A stretch of DNA of 54,565 nucleotides, counting the filler, from Jimgerdemannia flammicorona (Eukaryota): NCBI GenBank assembly GCA_003990765.1. It is 2 parts of 2 records of this genome, joined end to end, with 100 filler letters (N's around TTAATTAATTAA, not from the genome) between each part and the next. Parts side by side here need not be neighbours in the genome. Positions count along the whole stretch, not along the records: positions 1 to 27,233 come from RBNJ01000648.1; positions 27,334 to 54,565 come from RBNJ01000649.1. The stretch is one strand, 5' to 3'. A program made the translations under genes and the position numbers. Of this stretch, positions 26,616 through 36,500 are shown piece by piece (the first letter of the stretch is position 1; each line of letters begins with the position of its first letter). The notes beneath the pieces were generated by a model. It worked only from the letters and a program-made list of their open reading frames with translations, made no database searches and was not told the origin of the DNA.

Positions 26616-26893
26616 TGGTAATGTAGTGGATGCTAAGATGGGCAAGTACGTCAGATTTCTTTATCTTGAATTCTTGTCTTCTTGACTCCCAGAGTCAGTA
26701 GTTCCTTGAGGCCAAATGTGTTTAAAGAGGTAATCCCAAAGGTCCTTTTATCAGTATACTTGTTCTTTTTCTAACACTTTCGATCTGAGGTTTATTCACT
26801 CGAAGATACTGGGTTAATTATACAAGTTTGCTAGCTATGAGATGGCTACTGAGTTACGCGGCTAAGTTATGAGTCATTTAGACAATGTCTAGA
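26616..26893 (-). repeat. 5' LTR of A1 (truncated); PBS-like TGGTGTCCATTGGCTGG immediately internal
   Basis: Matches 20422-20700 with a few differences, mostly transitions at CpG; interrupted by LINE sequence at ~26894. Confidence 0.88.
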
Positions 26894-27059
26894 ATGGGCT
26901 TTGAGGAGGCGGGCCCACTGGAAGAGGCACTGAGGGCAGGTATGGCAGTTGGAGAGGTGGTGGTCCCCATGGTATGCTGTTTGAGGTAGGACCCCAGGGT
27001 GGTGCAGCTGCTGGTGAAGGGGGTGCCCACAGTGATGAAGGAGGAGATGAGGAGGAGGT
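26894..27059 (+). mobile_element. Short LINE ORF1 fragment
   Basis: Colinear with 48528-48692 (gggcccactgga...ggtggtgcagct...ggggtgccca). Confidence 0.8.
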
Positions 27060-27233
27060 GGGCAGGCAACACGGGCAACACGGGCAACACTGGGGGCAAT
27101 ACGGGCAACATGGGCAACATGGGCAACATGGGTGGGCAAGACGGGCAAGATGGGCAAGACAGGCAAGATGGGCAAGATGGCAAGATGACAAGATAGGTGA
27201 CATGGGCAAGACAGGCAAGATGGGCAAGATGGG
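27060..27233. repeat. 9-bp tandem repeat (GGGCAACAY / GGGCAAGAY) running into the gap
   Basis: Directly visible; no spacers. Confidence 0.9.
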
Positions 27234-27333
27234 NNNNNNNNNNNNNNNNNNNNNNNNNNNNNNNNNNNNNNNNNNNNTTAATTAATTAANNNNNNNNNNN
27301 NNNNNNNNNNNNNNNNNNNNNNNNNNNNNNNNN
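27234..27333. other. Artificial contig spacer N44-TTAATTAATTAA-N44
   Basis: Exactly 100 nt; the 12-mer at 27278-27289 places stops in all six frames. Confidence 0.95.
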
Positions 27334-29596
27334 AAAAAAAAAAGATATTACTCTACACGCACTAAGTTACTAGGTTACTATCTGACATATGGCAATTCGG
27401 TACATTTATATATTGTATGCCAATTTGTCCTCATGATCATATTGGGTTTCGGGATGATTTACTTCGTTTTATATGTTGCTTTATGATTCTGCAACCTCTT
27501 TCTGGTTAGTTTGCATTCATCCATTCTTTACAGCAACAGAGAGGCTCTCTGAGCGGACAATGCCCATCTACTTTGGTGGGCACCAATTACTGAAGGAGGA
27601 AGGTGATGCCAAAATGAACATGGTATAAATTGGGGCCTGGGTACATTGGTAAGTTGGATTTTGAGGGATTCGGTAGAGTTAGGAATTTAAAGGGTTCGAC
27701 AGAAGCAGTATGCAATTAAAATCTTGATCGTCGGGGCTGGTAAAGGACATTAGGGTACATGCGTCATTTTAAAAAATTTTATTCACTCTACCAAATTCTT
27801 ATTCACTCTACCACAAATTGTTATTCAACCCACTGGCAGTGTGGAGGACAACATCGATGATATTAATTCAGTGATGACGGAGATCATATGTACTTGGACA
27901 ACGACGACTCGGATGTTGAGAAAGATCTGTTAGCAGATCCTATCACATGTCGAGAAATCCTGGTCTTCCGGATCCGGTCGTTGAATGATTGTATGGCTGC
28001 TAGAAGGGCTGCCCAGAAGATGGATTATTAGTGGTACGAAAGCGTGGGGAGAGGGATGACGCGAGGAGGAAGTAGTAAGTACGTGTGGGCCAGCGGCAAT
28101 GTGTTGATGTCGAGAGAAGTTGGTGGAAAGGAAGCTAATTGTATACGCTTCGACCAATTATTAGGAAGAATGATGATGACATATATAAAACAGCGATTCT
28201 GTATACACGCTACTGAGAATACAATGCCCAATTAACGAAAATCTCATACACACCTACATTCCCAACGATCTGACTTGGTGACAGCAGATTGAGGTCCATA
28301 TTCTATTGGAATATGCAATTTTTTGATGGGAATGTGCATATGATATTGAGACTGGAACATGTAGTTAGGGTGCCTGGGTCGGTAAAGCAGAATCCATAGT
28401 AGGAATTTTGAGGATAAGTATTTTTCGCCGGAGCATCGAATTGCCTCAAAATATCATACCACCACCGCCACGAACCAAGGCTATGCACACACTTTAAACG
28501 GAGCTTCTCGTATAAGAAAATTAAAGTTGTCCGCAATCAGGCAGCCTTTCGACATCAATACAATATGGAGCTCTGTTCAAGGGGCACGTCAGCTGGCTTA
28601 AAAGCAACCAAGATCGGTGACGTCTGGCCAAAAGACTCGCGAAAAGGCAATAACAAAGAAGTGGGAAAAGAATAACAAATTTTAAAGGGCTTACTTAATT
28701 GAAAAAGGTTCATTGCCAATTAGGCAATAGTGTATTAAAAACCTGAGGCCGCCACCCCAAGCTAGAGGTTCAGCCTTGTATCTCATATTTCAGGCGAATT
28801 ACGCCCAGCCAGCATGTCATGTGGGAGACCAGGAGACAATGAAGTTGCTCCGGTAGTCGACTTCTTGGTAGAAGCACGACCTTTTCTCTCCTCTATGGAA
28901 CGTAGTGTGAATTTGCGAATATAGCATCGTGTGGTTGTTGATATTGATATAATATATTACGCCCGCTAGAGTTCAACCCTCGGAATGGATTGGGGCTATA
29001 TTTTATTTTATTTTATTTATTTGAAAAAAATAATCTCTTTCAAACATTTTTCGCGAGGATTTGCAGGACGTGAAGGAAAATGTCAAAACCACTAGGCAAT
29101 GTAGAGGGGTGGTCCATTTGATTGACCGGCTAGCGAGTGAATATAAAAAATGCCGAACTTTTACACTGCCGTCAAGACTAGGATATATATAAATATATCA
29201 TTTGATCAGTCCACTTTCCGTGATTTCGGTTAGATTTATTTCATTTCATTTCATTTTTTTTTTTTTTTTTTTTTTTTCTCTCTTCTCTTTAGGCTTTGTT
29301 AAGCATGCAATTTACACTTCTAAGTTTAGTCCTTATTTTTTGGATAAAGCGAATCTTTTGCTCACGTATTTGACATTAAGGTTGTCAAATTGAGATATCG
29401 ACAATAAATCGTGTTCTTCTTTTCATCAATTTGCTGCATGATGTACTTTGTATATATTTCCCCAAATTTTATTTCTGATTGTACTATATTATATATGTAT
29501 ATATTAACGTCACGGTGGAATGATTTTGTAAAGACACCTTTTTTTTATGTTACCTTGCATCAGACATAGTGTGTGGTAGATATGAATGAAATGCCA

Positions 29597-29980
29597 TTGC
29601 ACAGAGGGAGCACAATCTATGGACTGATGTAGTGCTCCGAACGAAACGAGACGAACAGGACTTCTCTTGTCTGGTTCTGTCCCGGTCTTGTCGAGACGGC
29701 TCGCGAGACGGATGTCATCAACGACACTTTGTGGTTAATGAAAACGTGGACTGGACGAACTGGACGAGCGGCCGTAGACTGGACAAGCAAACATGGACTG
29801 GGCAAGCATACATGAAGTGGACGAGCAAACACGGACGAACGGCAGCCATTTTAACAGAACGTCTCTAGATATTACCGCTTACAATAAAATTGCAAACGTT
29901 TTAAGGCAGGTAATTGAGAGTGCAATATATATATTGTATCGGGAATATGGAAACACAAATATAAATACAAAATATAACAT
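29597..29980. repeat. Direct repeat copy 1, containing a hAT-like TAGTGCTCC terminus and GGACGA/GGACTG subrepeats
   Basis: Colinear with ~31834-32260 (acagag..acaca...ctgatgtag.gct.cgaac; gaagtggacgagcaa; ggcagccatt.taacagaa). Confidence 0.75.
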
Positions 29981-30090
29981 TGAAGCTTCTTAGAAGACAC
30001 CTGAAAAAAAAAGGAAAAAAAAAAAAAACATACAAATATATATAATACGTATCAACCGAATAAAGACACAAAGGGGAAGAAAGATAAAAA

Positions 30091-31657
30091 TTAAAGACGA
30101 TCTTTTATCCGATACTTGGATTGAGTACACAAAGTCACGGCAGGGTACACTTTCTCCGGAAGGTCGGTCCATGCAATCCCTTGGTTAATGCCATTGATGG
30201 AAAGAGCGCAAGTATGGTTGGCTTTATCCAGTTGAAAAGTCACTACATCGCCACTCCGTAGAATGTTGCCATAGTCGCGAGCCTCTCTCGGCCCAATTAC
30301 CTTTCGATAACCGTTCTTCCAAGACTCGAACCTCCACGTCGATCCCGTGGTTCTCATGTTGGAATCGAAGGCAGTGAACTCCTCACTCACCAATCCAAAT
30401 TACACTGAAGGACTGAAACACGTTTCCCCTATACAATCAAACACATTCGACCACTACGTCCCATTCACATAGTCGGTCCACAGTCGTTGTCCCGGGGACG
30501 GACATCCGCGCCGTCTGCTCCATAAACACCGGTGTCCTAACAGAAAGCTCCACGACCTTACCGTCATCGGAAACAACAGCGCACGAACGGACCTTGGATC
30601 GATCCCACTGGAGATCCTGACTTCCTTGATCTTGACTTGAACGATACCCGGACGGGTATCCTGTTTTGCACACAGTGTTCTTGCATGCATGGTGACAAAA
30701 GGCCGTGTAGTGAGGAGACGAATCCGCAAACCCATCGACCGCCTCCATGAGGGTCTTAAGGCGATACGGGCACACAAGGGTGAGGTCCACATGCCTCATC
30801 ATGTTTAGCAACGAGTCATTTCCTAGAGAATCTTGCCCTCGCATCCCGGAACCATACTGGCAACATCACACAAGACATCATGACGCTCCGCAACATCGGG
30901 TCCCGGCTCTTCGGAATGCGCCCAGACCCAGTCAATAACACACAGAAGCAGGTCGTATTCGGGAGTGACAAAAGTAGTCACCAAAGGTGCAGTAAAGAAT
31001 AGCTCGATAGCTTCCTTGGAGAGGCCTGTCAACTCTCCTACGGCGAGTTTTCGAGTGTAGAAAGGCTTGAGTAGAGATCCTTGCTGGCCTCACTCCATGG
31101 GATGGAGGCGGCGGCTTCGTTGAGGAGAGACGAGGAGACGCCAAAGTCGGAAATATCCTGAGGGCGCTCCAGCGCCATTGCCATGAGCTTTGGGAGAAGG
31201 AAGCTCGCTGCGTGGTAGATGTCCACCGCGATGGTGATGGTGATGTTATCGATTGATTCGGTGTAGATGAAGCCGAGGACGATGGTGAACACAGCAGAGT
31301 TGATGTCGTGAAGGACGACTCGCTGGGAGACGCTCTCTTGCATGTTTCCGTAGAGCATTGCCTTAAATACGGCGCACCTTTTGGACCATATTATGCGAAT
31401 TAATATGATATAGATCTATAAACTCATGAACACACCTTGCAGCCAATACAGCACGGCAAGCGCCAAGCTCGACGCCATCAGCGCAGACGATGGTTACGTC
31501 GTGATAGGTTGTGTCTTTCCATATGGAGGCGATGTCGTCATTGAGGTTAAGACCACTGTTGGGGTTGGCGCAATGACTTGTGACCGTCCTTATGAAATCA
31601 GCAACATAATTACGCCAAAGAGATAAAGATTTACACACCGAAGAGAATTGAATACAT
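30091..31657 (-). pseudogene. BTB/POZ - BACK-like - SPRY/B30.2-like protein gene with frameshifts
   Basis: BTB: YHDVTIVCADGVELGACRAVLAAR|CAVFKAMLYGNMQES...LHDINSAVFTIVLGFIYT (a GT-AG intron at ~31378-31435 restores the motif). BACK-like: EYDLLLCVIDW...MRHVDLTLV. SPRY-like: CEWDVVV...YGNILRSGDVVTFQLD...LSINGINQGIAWTDLPEKVYPAVTL. Frame changes at ~31070, ~30830 and ~30400-30440. The start codon is tentative. Confidence 0.8.
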
Positions 31658-31833
31658 CTCCCACTGGGTCCCGCAGATTATCGTTATTCGTTCGGTATTC
31701 TTATAAAATTATTCTGCATTATGTTCATCGGTCTGCATGCTTATGGCAGTTATTTACCATTGATCTTCGAGCGCCGAAATGCTCCCACAAAATGTGGAAA
31801 AGACCTTAGAATGCATAATAAAGAGCGTACATG

Positions 31834-32262
31834 TTATACAGAGCGAACACAACCTGTGAACTGATGTAGAGCTTCGAACAAAACGGAATGAGACGCCTGG
31901 GCAAGAGAACGTGGACTGGACGAGTGAATGTGGACTAGAAATGACATGCTAGAAATTTTAAAGATTTTTGAAGGACATATAACGCAAAATAAAACCACTG
32001 GACAAGCGAACGTGAACTGGATGTGAACTGGATGAGCGAGCGTAGACTGGACGAACGATCGTGGGCTGGCGAGCATTCATGAAGTGGACGAGCAACAAGC
32101 AAACATGGACGAACGAATGTGGAATGGCAGCCATTCTAACAGAAAGTATTCAGATATTATCAATGACAATTAAATTACAAAAATTTAAAAGCAAGCAATT
32201 AAGAGTTCAATTATATTGTTTTGGAATGACAGAAATATAAATATAAAATAAAATTTTGTAGA
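31834..32262. repeat. Direct repeat copy 2 (pairs with 29597-29980)
   Basis: See copy 1; offset ~2.24 kb; followed immediately by a Gypsy LTR at 32266. Confidence 0.75.
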
Positions 32263-32265
32263 TAT

Positions 32266-33540
32266 TGTAATATAGTGGATGCATAACTGTGTAAGTATGT
32301 CAGATTTGTATATCTTGAAAACTTGATTTTCTTTGACTCTGCAGAGTCCTCAAGATGCAGAAGTGGGTGAGTTTGAAGTGTATCTGCCTGCAGGCTTACT
32401 AGTTACTTTACTTTCTCTTTGCTTTGAACTATTTTGATCTGAGGTTTATTTACTCTAGATACTAGAGATATTTATACAAGTTTGCTAGCTATAAGGTGGC
32501 TAAGTTACATATGAGTCACTTTTTGCAAGTATCAAATCTTTCAACATCTGCTAAATATTTGATGATTGCCAAGATTTTAACATTTGCAAAGAGTTTAACA
32601 TTTGCTAAAACTTTAATATTTGCAAAATGACTGCTATTTGTAAGGCTATACTATATTTGGGAATTGGATTCAGATACTGTGATCAAAAGTCTATTCTCTT
32701 GGTTCATGTTCCTAATTTGAATCAACCATCACAACTTCCTTCTGAATAGGTAATTCATCTCTGAAACATTCTATTCACTTGAACTTCTAAGCTTCCATGA
32801 TTTGTATCTCCTTGTACTATATAATTTGTATTATTACATTATTTTAATAGTATTTCTTGATATATACAAATTTTCCTGGGGCAACTTTACAAAAATTGGC
32901 TAAAGCTGGCTCATCATTTTTAAACAGCTTGTTGACTCATTTAACAATTACAATCTGAGTATAAGAGAGCTAGTACTCTCTAATCTGGTCTTCTTTTCCC
33001 ATCTCTGGCCATGAGTTTAGTAGTTGTCTCAACTTAAAGTATTCTTGAAACTCAGTCCAGTTCTGATAGATCTTGAAGTGCAAAATTTATAATAAGTATA
33101 TCTGAACTATACTCTGGATACTGTCAAAGGATTCTTCTATAATTAGTAGCTTGATGGTATACTATTTTCTTTCTATAACTCATTGTATAGTCATGGTGAT
33201 CTTGAGGGCTATAGTAGTACTCTATTGATTAGCCATAGTACTTTTTAAGTTGATTTCAGTAAATGGTAGTAGGGTTGATTGTGCCTGTGAGTTTTTATAG
33301 CCAAAAGATGGTTTCTTTTATATCTTATACTAGATAAGGTCCTTTCTACTTAGGCTTTAGCTTTTATAACTATAAAGCTTCAACTATATTCTAATATTCT
33401 AGAACTTTGTCTCTTATCTTGATAATATCTAAGGGCTTATAAATCTTCTCTATATTATTTTATTATAGTACCTGCACCTTGGTTATATAATTCTCAGCCT
33501 TCTTTCTGATTTGGTATAGTTTCTGTATTTCTGTATCTAT
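32266..33540 (-). mobile_element. Older A1-family 3' fragment: LTR 32266-32733, PPT, ORF3 relic (~32800-33236), integrase tail
   Basis: Colinear with 20422-21680; the ORF3 relic reads MANQ*STT...EFQEYFKLRQLL...QIVIVK*VNKLFKNDEPALANF. Confidence 0.88.
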
Positions 33541-36500
33541 TGTCATGTAGTGGTCACTGAGTCCTTCAAATATGCCAGATTCTCTTCAAGGTATATCTCT
33601 TAGACTAACTTAAGTTATTATAAGCAAGTTCTTATTGGAGTGTCTTCCCAAGGTCTTATAGTCCTCAAACTTCTTATCTTTAACTGTCTTGTTATCTCTT
33701 AGATTGCTTGCAAGGAAGTGTGTATAAGTGAAACCGGAACTTGACTTTATTTCAGAGGAAATAAGAAGGGTATTTATACAAAATACAATTCAATGGTTGC
33801 TAAGATATAAAGCTAAATATAAATTCCAATAACTAAAACTACTAAGTTCCAGAGTCAGTACTGATGGTTGTACAGGTTCAGGATGCTGACATTACTTAGT
33901 GTCACATCAAAATGCCAGTGCTGAAACAATTTTGCATCACCTCAGAATACCAGTGCTGGCATTATCCAGTGTTACATGAGAATACTGGTGCTGGCATTAT
34001 CTAGTGTAACAAAGAACTTAGAGCAGAAAGTTCAGGATCATAGAGGCTTCATCATCATCATCACTGAAGGAGATGAGATCTACGAATTCGGCATATAGGT
34101 TGCACGTTTCACATACTTCGCGTGCTTCAGGTATATCATGCAAGATGACGTCATCAATGATGTCATCACATTCGGCTGTGGTAGGGAAATCAGGGACAAG
34201 GTCTGGAGCTCTCCAGTCTATGAGGTTCTCTTCCACAAAATAAGGAACAAATGTGGGGTCTTGGGGGGATCTAATCTGGATGCTTAGGCCTTGGAATACT
34301 GAGATCAATCCTTGCAGAAATTGGTCTGGGTTATCCTGAAGGATAGGGTGCCAGAAGTCTTCCACTTCTTCACTGTTGAGGGTGATAGTGGACTGGGCTT
34401 CTGTAGCCACCCTGGCTTCTAGTGCATTGATACAGTAGATTGATAGAACTCTGAAGTCTGAGACTCTAACATACTCCAAGTTGAGGATTGACCATGGTGC
34501 ATATCTGAAGATCTGATAGATCTTCTTAGCTATTCTTGTTTCATGTATATCCATGAGAGTGGCATCTTGTAGCTCTTGGGTGCTGGCTTGTGGGAACTCC
34601 TGGCAGAGGAGGTTTCCTATTTCATACTCCTGCCATATTTGGAGGCATTCGGTAGCAATAGTGATCCTTGTTTCCATTTCACAGTGGTAGAGAATGAAGT
34701 GATAAGGGTCTGCAGTATCCAGGTTGACACTAGGAGTCCTTCTTGAGCAGGTCCTTATGGCTCTTCTGATGTCTTGAAACATTCTTTCCTTGACTGAGAT
34801 ACCTTGGTGATTCCTTGACCTTGAGATTTGGTAGACAGCAGGTATTTCATTTATGGTAAGTCTTTGAGCTATTTTGGGATTGGTGGTTCTTATTGGTTGC
34901 TGCTACTGCAGTTCCTTGATCCTTCTTTTATATTCTTCAGGATGCTTGTGCTGTGGTCACAATGACTCACAATTGGTCATCATTGCTTATCTCATATGCC
35001 GTATGATCTTCTTGTGCTCTGATCTGGTGGCTTACAAGGAAAGGCTGTCTCCTGTGCTGATGTCATCATTCTGGGGTCACTGTTACATCTTCCTCCTGAA
35101 TAAGGATCTTCCTGAGCATCCTTATTCATTGGTCCAGTTCTGAAAAATTTGTTGATCCCATAACCTCTGGCAAGGGGTTGAAAACTGATGTTTATGGGCT
35201 GGTATCTTCTCTTTGTATTTTGGCATCATGGTGAAGGGTCACTCCCTTCATATAGAGCAAGGGCCTGATTCTGATCTTGACCAATTAGTTGACAGTTTGA
35301 ACTCTTCTGACTGTGAAAGTCTTATGGATAAGTAGTTGCCAGTGCCATATCCCTTAGAGAATGGTCCAGACAGATAGCCTGCTGGTCATGGGACATACTG
35401 TTATGATTCATGGACTAGAACCTCATGGGTGGTCATCATGTTTTGCTTCTCTTGTATAGGTTTGTGGTACTTCTTGAGTCTGTTCCTATGTACTGTGGTA
35501 GACAGTATGGTCCCTGAGATTTTTCTAAGCCAGAAGGTAGTTCCCTTGATATCTTGTATGTAGAAGGGTCCTTCCCATTTGAGCTCCAGTTTTCGTGACC
35601 ATGAGACTTCTACCATATTTCGATACAGTAGAACCTTTTCTCCAATTCGGATGGGTTCTAGGGCCTTGTGATTCTTTTCCGCATTCTTCCTTGTCAGCGC
35701 TTGTAACTTAGTGATGTAATCTTCAGCCTTCTTCCTGATTTGGTGTAGTCTCCGGATTTCTGCATCAACCCATCTCCAAGTTAGGTCTAGATTTGTGGCT
35801 GAGGTTCCATCAGAATCTTCTTCTCTGAAGAGCAGCTCTCTTGGGGTAAAATGTGTGCTCTGTGACCATATGTCTCTGAGATCTTCGCTAGGATGTTCTT
35901 GAGGGTCTTGTTGGTTCTCTCTGTCTGTCCATTTCCTTGAGGGTGGTATGCAGTGGTCTTGATGTGCTGGATCTTGTATTTCTGATATATTATCTCGTGG
36001 AATCCATTGACAAATTCTGTATCGCAGTCTGTTGTAATTTGCTTTGGTGTCTTATAGTGACAGATGATTTCTTGGTGTAGGAAGTTGGCTATAGAGAGGG
36101 AGGGCATTGGCTTCTTATAATACTCCTGCCTCTATCCATTTGGTGAAGAGGTCTACAATAACTATAATATAGTAGTTTCCTGATAGTGTTACTGGTAGTG
36201 GTCCAATGATATCCATTGCAATGTGGTGGAAGGAGATAGGCTCAATTCTTGATGATTCAGGTACCTGGTCTTGCTGATCTTATTTCTGTTTTTGGCACTT
36301 GTCACACCCTTTGACAAATGGGCACAGGTCTTCTTCCATCTTGGGCCACCACATGGTTCTTCTTGCCTTGTCATATGTGTTGGTTCCTCCTAAGTGTCTT
36401 TGCTTGTGTACTTCCTTCATTACTTGATACTTCTTGTGTTCAGGTATTACTAGCTTTCCTCCTTTTCTGAGTGTAGTGTTGTCTAATTCAAACTGTTTTC

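Larger units (their letters stand above)
20422..26893 (-). mobile_element. Ty3/Gypsy LTR retrotransposon 'A1': gag-PR-dUTPase-RT-RNaseH-INT plus extra ORF3; near complete but disrupted
   Basis: Matching LTRs, PPT, a PBS-like TGG sequence, and all pol domains in Gypsy order; no chromodomain seen. Confidence 0.95.

Noticed and set aside
27060..27233. Telomere repeat
   Set aside because: Heterogeneous 9-mer unlike TTAGGG-type repeats; its position at a contig break is not sufficient evidence.
26867..27285. Several 65-112 aa ORFs with PCC / GQH / LPV repeats
   Set aside because: Artefacts of the 9-bp tandem repeat and a LINE fragment running into the N gap.
34018..34782. env gene call for the ORF after integrase
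   Set aside because: No signal peptide, transmembrane helix or fusion-protein features are visible, and it is short and acidic.
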